Source: Algoriphagus sp. (GTDB taxonomy: Bacteria > Bacteroidota > Bacteroidia > Cytophagales > Cyclobacteriaceae). From it: a stretch of 64,000 nucleotides of DNA. Made by a program: the position numbers and the translations under genes. Below the pieces are notes generated by a model. It saw only the letters and a program-made list of their open reading frames with translations, made no database searches and was not told the DNA's origin. The DNA is taken from the NCBI GenBank assembly GCA_048819475.1, contig JBMDXP010000073.1:53998-117997 (forward strand). Reading direction: 5' to 3'. Below are positions 28,790-38,174 of this stretch, in pieces (positions within the stretch are counted from its first letter, which is position 1; every line of letters starts with the position of its first letter).

Positions 28790-30058
28790 ATGAAAAGAGA
28801 TACTGTTATCTTCGACCTCATTGACCGAGAAGAAGACAGGCAAAAGCGAGGAATAGAATTAATCGCTTCCGAAAACTTCACCAGCAAGCAAGTAATGGAA
28901 GCTGCTGGCAGCGTCCTTACTAATAAATATGCAGAAGGTCTGCCTGGTAAGCGTTACTATGGAGGTTGCGAGGTAGTTGACGAAATAGAGCAGTTGGCCA
29001 TCGACCGTGCGAAAGAGCTTTTTGGCGCTACTTGGGCAAATGTGCAGCCTCACTCAGGTGCTCAGGCGAATGCAGCGGTATTTCTGGCTTGCTTAAAAGC
29101 TGGGGATTCTATCCTGGGATTTGATTTATCCCATGGTGGTCATTTGACACACGGCTCTCCTGTAAACTTTTCCGGCAAGCTATACGATCCTCATTTTTAT
29201 GGAGTGGAAGAGGAAACAGGAGTAATAGATTACGATAAGGTTGAAGCCAAAGCCTTGGAAGTAAAACCAAAGCTTTTGATATGTGGCGCATCAGCCTACA
29301 GCAGAGACTGGGATTACGAGCGGTTAAGAGAGATAGCCGATCAAGTAGGTGCTATTTTACTTGCGGACATTTCGCATCCATCCGGACTTATAGCGAGGGG
29401 ATTACTCAATGACCCGTTGGATTTTTGCCATATTGTGACCACTACCACTCACAAGACCCTTAGAGGGCCAAGAGGTGGCTTGATTTTAATGCGGGAAGAC
29501 TTTGACAATCCTTTTAGCCTGAAAACACCCAAAGGAGAACTGAGAAAGATGTCCTCGCTCTTGGATGGGGGTGTTTTCCCAGGCACACAAGGAGGGCCCT
29601 TGGAGCATATAATTGCAGCCAAAGCAATTGCTTTTCAGGAGTGTCTATCAGATGAATATATGCATTATGTGGTTCAGGTGAAAAACAACGCATCCGTAAT
29701 GGCGGATGAGTTCGTAAGTCTTGGATATCAACTGATTTCTGGAGGAACTGATAATCATCTCATGCTAATCGATCTTAGAAATAAAGATCTAACTGGCAAG
29801 ATTGCAGAGGAAACTCTCGGAAAGGTGGATATAACCATCAACAAGAACATGGTTCCTTTTGACACAAAGTCACCTTTTGTGACATCAGGGATGAGAGTTG
29901 GAACAGCTGCTGTAACGACCAGAGGACTGAAAGAAGATGACATGAAAAAAATAGTCCATCTTATTGACAGCGCGTTGAAAAATCACGACAACGACACCGA
30001 GCTGGCAAACATCAAAGGAGAAGTGAATGCTTGGATGGTGGAATTCCCCTTATACTAA
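28790..30058 (+). CDS. glyA: Serine hydroxymethyltransferase
   Basis: [44 protein letters not shown]. Confidence 0.98.
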   Translation: MKRDTVIFDLIDREEDRQKRGIELIASENFTSKQVMEAAGSVLTNKYAEGLPGKRYYGGCEVVDEIEQLAIDRAKELFGATWANVQPHSGAQANAAVFLACLKAGDSILGFDLSHGGHLTHGSPVNFSGKLYDPHFYGVEEETGVIDYDKVEAKALEVKPKLLICGASAYSRDWDYERLREIADQVGAILLADISHPSGLIARGLLNDPLDFCHIVTTTTHKTLRGPRGGLILMREDFDNPFSLKTPKGELRKMSSLLDGGVFPGTQGGPLEHIIAAKAIAFQECLSDEYMHYVVQVKNNASVMADEFVSLGYQLISGGTDNHLMLIDLRNKDLTGKIAEETLGKVDITINKNMVPFDTKSPFVTSGMRVGTAAVTTRGLKEDDMKKIVHLIDSALKNHDNDTELANIKGEVNAWMVEFPLY

Positions 30059-30074
30059 AGCTTAATATCCCAAC

Positions 30075-30938
30075 GTGGCATTAGATCAATTAAAAGACGA
30101 CGAAGAGGAAGGCATGTCCTTTTTGGATCATTTAGAAGCTTTAAGGTGGCATTTATTGCGATCCATAGCCGCTGTTCTTATCCTCAGTGTAACAGCCTTT
30201 CTGGCAAAAAGCATAGTCTTTGGTGTAATTATATTAGGCCCATCCAAAGTTGATTTTATTACTTACAGGGTTCTATGTGATATTGGAAATTACTTGAGCA
30301 TCGACGCTTTATGTATACAAGAGCTGCCTTTTACAATTCAGAGTAGGCAGATGACAGGCCAGTTTTCCATGCACATGTCCTCCAGTTTTGTGATAGGATT
30401 TATAGCCTCATTTCCCTTTGTATTTTGGGAAGTTTGGAGATTTATAAGCCCGGGGCTTTATGATCAGGAAAAAAGCGCAGCACGGGGAGCTGTTTTCTTC
30501 GTCAGCCTTCTGTTCTTTGCCGGAGCAGCTTTCGGATACTTTATATTAGCCCCGCTTTCAATCAACTTCCTTTCCAATTATCAAGTAGACCCATCAATCC
30601 TCAATGAGTTTGATATCAGCTCTTATATTTCTACACTGACAATGCTGGTGCTGGCTTCGGCTATCATGTTCCAGCTACCAGTGGTGGTATATTTCCTTTC
30701 AATGTCCGGTCTGGTCACAGCAGCCATGCTTCGCTCGTACAGGAGACATTCTATTGTTGTGATTCTTATCGTATCTGCAGTAATTACTCCGCCGGATGTT
30801 ATCAGTCAATTGTTGATAGCCATGCCCATACTTGTATTATATGAGGCAGGTATCCAAATTGCTAAAAGACTGGAAAAGAAAAAAGCACTCAAGCGGGCAG
30901 CAGAAGACTTGGAAAGAGAGCCGGAGAATTATGATTAA
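30075..30938 (+). CDS. tatC: Twin-arginine translocase subunit TatC
   Basis: MSFLDHLEALRWHL, WRFISPGLY, FQLPV, AVITPPDVISQ. Confidence 0.95.
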   Translation: MALDQLKDDEEEGMSFLDHLEALRWHLLRSIAAVLILSVTAFLAKSIVFGVIILGPSKVDFITYRVLCDIGNYLSIDALCIQELPFTIQSRQMTGQFSMHMSSSFVIGFIASFPFVFWEVWRFISPGLYDQEKSAARGAVFFVSLLFFAGAAFGYFILAPLSINFLSNYQVDPSILNEFDISSYISTLTMLVLASAIMFQLPVVVYFLSMSGLVTAAMLRSYRRHSIVVILIVSAVITPPDVISQLLIAMPILVLYEAGIQIAKRLEKKKALKRAAEDLEREPENYD

Positions 30939-30946
30939 TCAATAAC

Positions 30947-31384
30947 ATGAAAAGAAAAATAGCTATTGGAGGTGATCACGCGGGATTTGAATATAAGGCT
31001 AAACTCATCCAAAAACTTGAATCCTTAGGTTGCGATGTGAAGGATTTTGGCCCATATTCCAATAGCTCTGTGGATTATCCTGATTTTGTCCATCCTTTGA
31101 GTTTATCCGTAGAAGCCGGAGAATACGAATTGGGAATCGTGATCTGTGGAAGTGGGAATGGGGTGGCTATTACGGCAAATAAGCATCAAGGAATCCGTGC
31201 TGCATTATGCTGGAACGAAGAGCTAGCCGCTTTGGCAAGACAACATAACAATGCGAACGTTTTGGCCTTGCCAGCCAGGTTCATTTCCTATGAATTAGCT
31301 GAAAGGCTAGCAGAACTATTTTTGAACACTGATTTTGAAGGTGGGAGACATCAAAACCGTGTGGATAAAATTGCCTGCGGTTAG
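30947..31384 (+). CDS. rpiB: Ribose-5-phosphate isomerase B
   Basis: GGDHAG, VDYPDF, CGSGNG, ARQHNNANVL, FEGGRH. Confidence 0.96.
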   Translation: MKRKIAIGGDHAGFEYKAKLIQKLESLGCDVKDFGPYSNSSVDYPDFVHPLSLSVEAGEYELGIVICGSGNGVAITANKHQGIRAALCWNEELAALARQHNNANVLALPARFISYELAERLAELFLNTDFEGGRHQNRVDKIACG

Positions 31385-31408
31385 AATTTAAGTGTGTGAT
31401 GTAGTACT

Positions 31409-31445
31409 AAAGCCCCGGTCGAGCAATCTTCCGGGGCTTTTACTT
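31409..31445. terminator. Bidirectional intrinsic terminator between rpiB and the DmpA-family gene
   Basis: AAAGCCCCGG / CCGGGGCTTT stem between convergent genes, T-rich on both sides. Confidence 0.8.
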
Positions 31446-31528
31446 TCACTAGAGATTTTACCGCTGTGTAACCTCGCCGGATTTGTGACATATAAATCCC
31501 GACTAGGGTATCTCTACCTAGCATAGAG

Positions 31529-32647
31529 TTATTGCTTAGCGGATTTTATCCATTCCAAAACCTTTTCTTTAGGTAACTCCTCCACTTTCCTTCCTCCTTT
31601 TCCCTCCATGGTCTCCGCCGCAAAAAGCGAGTTGACAATAGCTTCTTCTGTCGCCTCTATTACTGCAAGAAACAAGGGTGTCATATCATCATTTCTCAAA
31701 AAGTCAGCCTTTTCAGAATACAGAGCAGGCTGCTTATGAGTTATCCTAAGAGATTCCGCTGTAGAGAAAGCTATCACATAATCACCTGATCCGTTTGAAG
31801 CAATCCCTCCTGTCTTTGCCAGTCCCATCATGGCACGCTGTGCAAGCCTTTCCAGATTTCTCTCCAGTATGGGAGCATCTGTCGCCACAACGATCATACA
31901 GCTTCCGTCTGATTTTTCCAAAGCATCCTTAAATGGGTATTTATCCAGCTTTTCTCCTACAGGAATCCCTGCAATCTGAAGATTACCTCCGAAATTAGTC
32001 TGGACAAGTACACCTACCGTATACCCTCCAAGCTCGATGGGAAGTCTGCGTGAAGAAGTCCCAATTCCCCCTTTCCATCCAAAACAAACTGTACCCGTAC
32101 CGGCTCCTACATTTCCTTCCCGAACTGGTCCTTCCTCTGCTGTCTCAATCGCTCTCAACACATCCTCCTGGGTAATGTGCAGGCCTCTGATATCATTGAG
32201 GTAACCGTCATTCGTTTCTCCAACCACGGCATTTACCGACTGGACCTCGGCATTCCCCTCTTCAGCCAAAGTAAATTTGATTATTCCAGCCACTCCTTCA
32301 GAGACACTTAGCGTGTTGGTAAGAATGATTGGGCTTTCCAGATTGCCAAGCTCCTGAACCTGGGTAATCCCAGTGAGCTTACCAAAACCATTCCCCACAA
32401 AAATGGCAGCCGGCACTTTTTCCTGGAAAAGATTGGAACCATGGGGAAGGATAGCCGTCACACCGGTCCTAATCTCATCACCCTCAATTTTTGTGACATG
32501 CCCGATCTTGATCCCTTTCACATCAGTAATGGCATTTAGCCTTCCAGGAACTAAAATCCCGAAATCAATGCCATGTTCACGAGGCCTGTTTTGGGAATAG
32601 CAGACGTGAGAGAAAAATAACCAAAACAACAGAGCGCTTAATTTCAT
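31529..32647 (-). CDS. DmpA/P1-family aminopeptidase (peptidase S58), secreted
   Basis: Signal peptide; NAITDV, NGFGK, ETNDG, GAGTG, autocleavage site NGSGD. Confidence 0.9.
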   Translation of the reverse strand: MKLSALLFWLFFSHVCYSQNRPREHGIDFGILVPGRLNAITDVKGIKIGHVTKIEGDEIRTGVTAILPHGSNLFQEKVPAAIFVGNGFGKLTGITQVQELGNLESPIILTNTLSVSEGVAGIIKFTLAEEGNAEVQSVNAVVGETNDGYLNDIRGLHITQEDVLRAIETAEEGPVREGNVGAGTGTVCFGWKGGIGTSSRRLPIELGGYTVGVLVQTNFGGNLQIAGIPVGEKLDKYPFKDALEKSDGSCMIVVATDAPILERNLERLAQRAMMGLAKTGGIASNGSGDYVIAFSTAESLRITHKQPALYSEKADFLRNDDMTPLFLAVIEATEEAIVNSLFAAETMEGKGGRKVEELPKEKVLEWIKSAKQ

Positions 32648-32704
32648 TCGGAGGGAGTGGAGGGTTTGAACTCAGCAGACTATTTGTATTTCAGCAGGTT
32701 AGAA

Positions 32705-33184
32705 TCAATTTCCCAATAATTGTCTGATTTCATAATCCTGGAGATGTGCATTCAGCCATCCTGCTTCCAGTGTAGCACCATACTTTTTGTAGAAGTTAAT
32801 TGCCGGCCCATTCCAGTCCAGTACTTGCCACATCATCCCGGTGCAGCCAGCCTCCAGAGATTTGGACATTACCCTGTCAAAAAGCAATTTGCCTGCTCCA
32901 TTCCCTCGTTCAGACTCTGTGACCACGATATCTTCGAGATATAACCGTCTCCCTTTCCATGTGCTGTATCTATAATAATAGATCGCAATCCCTATTATCT
33001 CGCTGGTTTCATTCTTCTCACATACAAACAATCCATACACTGGATTCGGCCCGAAACCATCATTCTGCATCAGCTCTAGGGTATTTGTTACTTGTTCCGG
33101 AGCCTTTTCATATAGTGCAAGCTCTTTGATCAACTCAAGGACACGGGGCAGATCCGCTGTATTGCCTTCTCTTAATGTGTACAT
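32705..33184 (-). CDS. GNAT acetyltransferase (SSAT/diamine acetyltransferase-like)
   Basis: IKELALYEK, YSTWKGRRLYLEDIVV, RGNGAG, VLDWNGPAINFY. Confidence 0.9.
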   Translation of the reverse strand: MYTLREGNTADLPRVLELIKELALYEKAPEQVTNTLELMQNDGFGPNPVYGLFVCEKNETSEIIGIAIYYYRYSTWKGRRLYLEDIVVTESERGNGAGKLLFDRVMSKSLEAGCTGMMWQVLDWNGPAINFYKKYGATLEAGWLNAHLQDYEIRQLLGN

Positions 33185-33247
33185 AGCAACTAGTTAAAAT
33201 GGAGTTTATCTGAATATTATATTAAATTTAGTCAAATCAAAAATACC

Positions 33248-34018
33248 ATGTTTTTAGCTATTGACGCAGGCAATTCCAACGTAGTTTTTGCTCTTTATAA
33301 TAAAGGGGAGGGAAAATGGACTAATCAGTTCAGGCTGGAAACGCATGGTTCCAAACTTACCTCTGAATTGTCCGGGAAAGTACCGCTGTATTTTCTTGAG
33401 CATGGGATTAATCCCGGGGATATCCAACACATCGGGTTCAGTTCGGTAGTGCCGGAAGTCAATAGTCTTATTTCACTCTTCTGCACAAAGTTTTTCGGGA
33501 GGACACCCTATAAGATCTCGCCAAAAAGCTATTTAAAACTCCCCGTCAAAACTAACAGACCCAATGAAATTGGAGCTGACTTGATGTGCAATGTGATGGC
33601 AGCTTATAGCCGGTATCAAAGCGCTGTCATTATAGTAGACTTCGGCACAGCTCTCACCTTCACTGTGGTAGATGACAAGGGACATGTAATGGGTGTCAAC
33701 ATTGTACCTGGTCTCAGGACTGCCATCAAGTCTCTTTTCACCCATACATCCAAGCTTCCCGAAGTGGAGCTAAAATTACCTGCTTCCGCAATTGGAAAAA
33801 ACACAATTCATGCGATCCAATCTGGAATATTGTATGGCTATAGTGGGTTGGTGAAGGGTATGTTAGAAGCTATTATCTCAGAAACAGGAAAAAAATTTAC
33901 TATAATCGCCACAGGAGGGCTATCTGCTATCATTACTCCGCTGGAAATTGTTTTTGACGAAATAGACCGGAACCTTACATTGGAGGGATTAAGATTAATC
34001 ACGGAGCTCAACACTTAA
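33248..34018 (+). CDS. coaX: Type III pantothenate kinase (copy 2)
   Basis: AIDAGNSN, FSSVVP, EIGAD, IVDFGTA, IATGG. Confidence 0.92.
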   Translation: MFLAIDAGNSNVVFALYNKGEGKWTNQFRLETHGSKLTSELSGKVPLYFLEHGINPGDIQHIGFSSVVPEVNSLISLFCTKFFGRTPYKISPKSYLKLPVKTNRPNEIGADLMCNVMAAYSRYQSAVIIVDFGTALTFTVVDDKGHVMGVNIVPGLRTAIKSLFTHTSKLPEVELKLPASAIGKNTIHAIQSGILYGYSGLVKGMLEAIISETGKKFTIIATGGLSAIITPLEIVFDEIDRNLTLEGLRLITELNT

Positions 34019-34683
34019 ATCTCTTCAAATCTTATTATTAAATTAGGATCAGGACAATTCAGACTGTACTCATTCCTGGTTTGTTCGGAACACACTCCCG
34101 GATAGTCACCCCAGTGTCCCTGTAAATCAAACATCAGCTGGAAATGTAAGTGCGGAGGCCAATCTCCATTTTCAGGAAAGGGACCTATGCCTCCAAGAAG
34201 TTGCCCTTCTTTTACAGCACTGCCCACCTCAATTCCTATAAGATCCTTCAGTTGCAAGTGGCCATATAGTGAGAACAGCTTTCTTCCGTCCAACTCGTGT
34301 TGAAGGATAATGGTTGCTCCATAATTTCCAAAACCGGAATTATCCTGAAAGCTGTGAACTCTTCCTCTCAACGGAACAAAAATAGGAGTACCTGCCGCTG
34401 CCCAAATATCTACTCCCAAGTGGATGTTTCTAAAATCGGCTACTCCCGTCGCAAACACCTCACTTCTTCTATAGATAGCACGTTGCTCCATATAACCCCC
34501 TATTCCAAATTCTTTTCCAGCACCTTTTATCTGGTCAAATACATAGTCATTGAAAGCATCTGTATCTGTTAGATCCACACTGGTCAGATCTTGATTAGCA
34601 GGGCTAAAATCCAGAGGTTTTGTATTACCCTTATCCAATCGTTTACCCATTACCGGGTAAAAAGTGTAAGCATTCCAATTCAT
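34015..34683 (-). CDS. M23-family metallopeptidase-like protein without signal peptide
   Basis: HLGVD (HxxxD), YGH, GDWPPHLHFQ (HxH); ATG 34683 preferred over TTG 34713. Confidence 0.85.
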   Translation of the reverse strand: MNWNAYTFYPVMGKRLDKGNTKPLDFSPANQDLTSVDLTDTDAFNDYVFDQIKGAGKEFGIGGYMEQRAIYRRSEVFATGVADFRNIHLGVDIWAAAGTPIFVPLRGRVHSFQDNSGFGNYGATIILQHELDGRKLFSLYGHLQLKDLIGIEVGSAVKEGQLLGGIGPFPENGDWPPHLHFQLMFDLQGHWGDYPGVCSEQTRNEYSLNCPDPNLIIRFEEI

Positions 34684-34771
34684 ACCTGAAGTAACGTGTT
34701 TTAATCCATACAATAAAAGAATATGGAGGCAACTTAAGTAAGGTGCTATAGCTTAATCTTTGCCTAATCGC

Positions 34772-34779
34772 TATTTTCG
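34772..34779 (+). promoter_or_regulatory. -7 box variant TATTTTCG, 4 nt before ATG (leaderless candidate)
   Basis: TATTTTCG-ggat-ATG. Confidence 0.6.
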
Positions 34780-34783
34780 GGAT

Positions 34784-35734
34784 ATGAATTCTATATTCCC
34801 AACGCTCCCTGACATCGTCACTGCCCACCAGCGGATACAGCCATTTATCCATAGGACCCCCATACTCACATCATCCGCAATTAATACAATAGCAGGATGC
34901 AAGATTTTTTTCAAATGCGAAAACTTCCAAAAAGTTGGTGCTTTCAAAGCTCGTGGTGCCGCAAATGCAGTTCTGAAGTTGTCAACTGGTCAACGGCGCA
35001 AGGGAGTAGCTACCCACAGCAGCGGAAATCACGCAGCAGCTTTGGCAAGAGCAGCGGCAGTGGCTGGAATACCTGCTTACATCGTCATGCCGTCCAATGC
35101 CCCTGCTATCAAAAAAAAGGCGGTGAAGAGTTATGGTGGTAAAATCATTGAATGCGAACCAAATCTCAAGGCCAGAGAAACTACACTTCAGGACGTTGTT
35201 TTGAAGACAGGAGCGGTATTTATTCCTCCCTACGACTCCCTTGATGTCATCGAAGGGCAAGCTACGTGTGCTTTGGAGTTTATTGAAGATCAGCCTGATT
35301 TAGACATCTTAATGACCCCGGTAGGAGGTGGAGGGCTATTGGGTGGTACAGCATTGTCCGCACATTACCTGCAGCCCAATCTTGAGGTGATTGCAGGGGA
35401 GCCCCAAGGTGCTGATGATGCATTTCAATCATTTCATGCTGGAAAACTTATACCACAGACCGGCCCGAATACCATAGCAGATGGACTTTTGACATCGCTG
35501 GGAGAACTTAACTTCAAATTAGTCCAGACCTATGTAAGTGATATTCTGCTGGCCAGCGACCCTGAAATCATTGATGCGATGCGCATGGTGTTTGAACGGA
35601 TGAAAATTGTAATTGAGCCTTCCTGTGCAGTTCCCCTGGCCTCCTTATTGGCAAATCAAGAGAGATTCCTAGGAAAAAATGTAGGGATAATTCTATCCGG
35701 GGGGAATGTTGACTTAAGTAAGCTTCCCTTCTAA
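34784..35734 (+). CDS. PLP-dependent serine racemase/threonine dehydratase family enzyme
   Basis: FKCENFQKVGAFKARGA, SSGNHA, PVGGGGL, EPSCA, ILSGGNVD; no regulatory domain; start taken at ATG 34784. Confidence 0.9.
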   Translation: MNSIFPTLPDIVTAHQRIQPFIHRTPILTSSAINTIAGCKIFFKCENFQKVGAFKARGAANAVLKLSTGQRRKGVATHSSGNHAAALARAAAVAGIPAYIVMPSNAPAIKKKAVKSYGGKIIECEPNLKARETTLQDVVLKTGAVFIPPYDSLDVIEGQATCALEFIEDQPDLDILMTPVGGGGLLGGTALSAHYLQPNLEVIAGEPQGADDAFQSFHAGKLIPQTGPNTIADGLLTSLGELNFKLVQTYVSDILLASDPEIIDAMRMVFERMKIVIEPSCAVPLASLLANQERFLGKNVGIILSGGNVDLSKLPF

Positions 35735-35741
35735 CTAAGGA

Positions 35742-35777
35742 ACAGCGCTTCGGGAAAATAGCTCACAGAAGCGCTGT
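35742..35777. terminator. Hairpin between convergent PLP-enzyme and GMC genes
   Basis: ACAGCGCTTC / GAAGCGCTGT 10-bp stem. Confidence 0.6.
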
Positions 35778-35803
35778 CCGGGAATTGGAAGTTTATCACT
35801 CCC

Positions 35804-37513
35804 TTATTTTTTACTTTCTTTTACAGCATGATGCGCAGCTCTGGCAGCGAATGCCATATAAGTCAAAGAGGGGTTTTGGGTGGCGGTAGACGTCATGGAA
35901 GCTCCGTCCGTCACATATACATTTGGCACCGCATGAAGCTGATGATTTGCGTTGAGAAGGGAGGTTTTAGGATCCTTTCCCATTCTTACACCGCCCATTT
36001 CATGAATATCCAAACCAGGCGCACGCTTATCATCACGTGTCTGAATGTTAGTAAATCCAGCCTTTTCAAACATTTCCGTCATCTGCTCAAGATAATCCTT
36101 GACCATCTTCTCATCATTATCGTCATATCCGACATTAATTTTTAGTTGGGGAATTCCCCAAGCATCCTTCAGCTCCTTATCAAGGGCCACGTAGCTACTC
36201 TCTTTGGGGATAGTCTCTCCCATCATATGGGATCCGACATACCATGGGCCATATTTGTCAGGATTCAGGAGGCTATTCTTGAGTTCAAGACCAATGCCCT
36301 CTGAACTTGAATTCATTCCTCTGCCTGCGGAAAACCCGGCTGCATAACCTCTCAAGAAATCGGTTTCTTGTTTTTCAACATTTCGGAACCGTGGAAAATA
36401 CCCGCTCGTAGGTCTTCCCCCTGAGGTTGTATACTCTGAATGTCCCTCATGCTGTGCAGATACTCCAGCACGGTAATTATGAAAAGCAACATATTTGCCT
36501 AGAAGACCGCTGTCATTCCCCAAGCCATCCGGAAATCTATTGGATACGGAATTCAGTAAGATAAGATTGGAGTTCAGGGCAGCTGCATTTAGGAAAATAA
36601 CCGGGGCATAAAACTCCTCCATTTCTTTTGAGTGGGCGTCCACTATCCTTACACCGGTGGCAACGCCTTTTTCTTCATCATAGATAATAGAATGGACTAC
36701 TGCGTCCGGTCTCAAGGTGAGATTTCCCGTCCGAAGAGCCCAGGGTAGCGTAGATGAATTTGAGCTGAAGTATCCACCGAACGGGCACCCACGCTGGCAT
36801 AGGTTTCGGTTTTGGCATTTGGCTCTACCCTGCTGGGCATAAAAGTCTAAATTCCCGTTGATATGGGCACATCGCGCAGAGATCATGTGTCGATCATTGC
36901 CATAATTTTCCTTCAGCTTCTCCTTGAAGTATTTCTCCACTACATTCAGTTCATAGCCGGGAAGGAACTCTCCATCCGGTAGAACGGGGATGCCATCTTT
37001 GTTTCCTGAAACGCCTGCAAACTTCTCCACATGACTGTACCAGGGCTGGAGATCCTTGTACCGTATAGGCCAGTCTACTGCAAACCCATCCCGTGCGGGT
37101 CCATCGAAGTCAAAATCGGACCAACGCTGAACCTGTCGCGCCCAAAGCAGCGACTTACCTCCCACTTGATATCCCCGGATCCAATCAAACGGACTTTCCT
37201 GTACATAGGGATGCTCAGTGTCTTTAACAAAAAAATGCATCGCATCTTCCCGAAAGGCATAACATCTGCTGACTATCGGGTTTTCATCCTGGATTTTTTG
37301 AGGTACTTGCCCTCTATGCTCGAATTCATAAGGGAGTTTATTTGTGGTAGGATAATCCTTAATGTGCTCCACGTTTTTCCCCCGCTCCAGCATTAAAGTT
37401 TTCACCCCCAGATCACAGAGCTCCTTGGCTGCCCATCCTCCTGAAATACCAGAGCCTATGACAATTGCCTCGTATGTACGCTCCTGCTTACTCCTTATGT
37501 TAAAATTAGCCAT
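35804..37513 (-). CDS. GMC-family FAD oxidoreductase (glycoside 3-dehydrogenase-like catalytic subunit)
   Basis: VIGSGISGG FAD motif, GGKSLLW, C...C...CQRGC Cys cluster, IHEMGGVRMG, TQNPSLTYMA. Confidence 0.9.
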   Translation of the reverse strand: MANFNIRSKQERTYEAIVIGSGISGGWAAKELCDLGVKTLMLERGKNVEHIKDYPTTNKLPYEFEHRGQVPQKIQDENPIVSRCYAFREDAMHFFVKDTEHPYVQESPFDWIRGYQVGGKSLLWARQVQRWSDFDFDGPARDGFAVDWPIRYKDLQPWYSHVEKFAGVSGNKDGIPVLPDGEFLPGYELNVVEKYFKEKLKENYGNDRHMISARCAHINGNLDFYAQQGRAKCQNRNLCQRGCPFGGYFSSNSSTLPWALRTGNLTLRPDAVVHSIIYDEEKGVATGVRIVDAHSKEMEEFYAPVIFLNAAALNSNLILLNSVSNRFPDGLGNDSGLLGKYVAFHNYRAGVSAQHEGHSEYTTSGGRPTSGYFPRFRNVEKQETDFLRGYAAGFSAGRGMNSSSEGIGLELKNSLLNPDKYGPWYVGSHMMGETIPKESSYVALDKELKDAWGIPQLKINVGYDDNDEKMVKDYLEQMTEMFEKAGFTNIQTRDDKRAPGLDIHEMGGVRMGKDPKTSLLNANHQLHAVPNVYVTDGASMTSTATQNPSLTYMAFAARAAHHAVKESKK

Positions 37514-38060
37514 TAATTCTAGGTTTTTGCAGGTCTGAGATCAAGACAGCACCGTTGTACTCTCCGGGAATGAGAGAATAAGGAATTATTTCTGTCTGAA
37601 TATATTCCGAAGCCATATATCCTTGGATAGTGAAACGCTTGGTTGTATTCAGAAAATAGACAAGAGCTTTATTTTCATCCCCTTCAAGTCGCGCTCCTGA
37701 TTGAATGAGGTCTTCCTTTTCCTTGGTGGATAGTTTCTCAAAGATCTTTCCCCCGGTCTTCTTGGCATAGTCTGGAAATGCAGCCAACCCTTCTGTAAAG
37801 TATTTCTGGTTCTCTTCAGTCATGCAATCATTTACCATCACAAGAATAAAATCAGGGACTTCTAAGTCCAAAGCACCCTTGATTTCCCCGGCTGGTATGA
37901 TGGTATTTGATATTTCTCCAAGAAGGGCTTTCTGGGAAGAGGTAATCTTAAGATTACTGTAGGCACTCAATATATCATCTGAGCTAAAATCACAGGAAGG
38001 AATAAGAGCCAATCCACCCGAAATCAGCGCCAGATGTCGCAAAGCTATCCGTCTGTTCAT
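37506..38060 (-). CDS. Gluconate 2-dehydrogenase subunit 3-family Tat lipoprotein (partner of the GMC subunit)
   Basis: Twin-arginine MNRRIAL, lipobox-like LIPSC, TIIP...GA, GYMASE; 8-bp overlap with the GMC gene. Confidence 0.88.
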   Translation of the reverse strand: MNRRIALRHLALISGGLALIPSCDFSSDDILSAYSNLKITSSQKALLGEISNTIIPAGEIKGALDLEVPDFILVMVNDCMTEENQKYFTEGLAAFPDYAKKTGGKIFEKLSTKEKEDLIQSGARLEGDENKALVYFLNTTKRFTIQGYMASEYIQTEIIPYSLIPGEYNGAVLISDLQKPRING

Positions 38061-38071
38061 AGGTTGTAGAG

Positions 38072-38174
38072 TTATTGGGTTAAAAGTTAATATGTTCCAA
38101 AAAATAGGGATTTTTCAGCCAAAAACCCACCCCAAGCCTGTAATTGGAAATATTATAAGATTATTGGGTTAAAA
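38072..38174. repeat. 14-bp perfect direct repeat, copies 89 bp apart
   Basis: TTATTGGGTTAAAA at 38072-38085 and 38161-38174. Confidence 0.85.
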
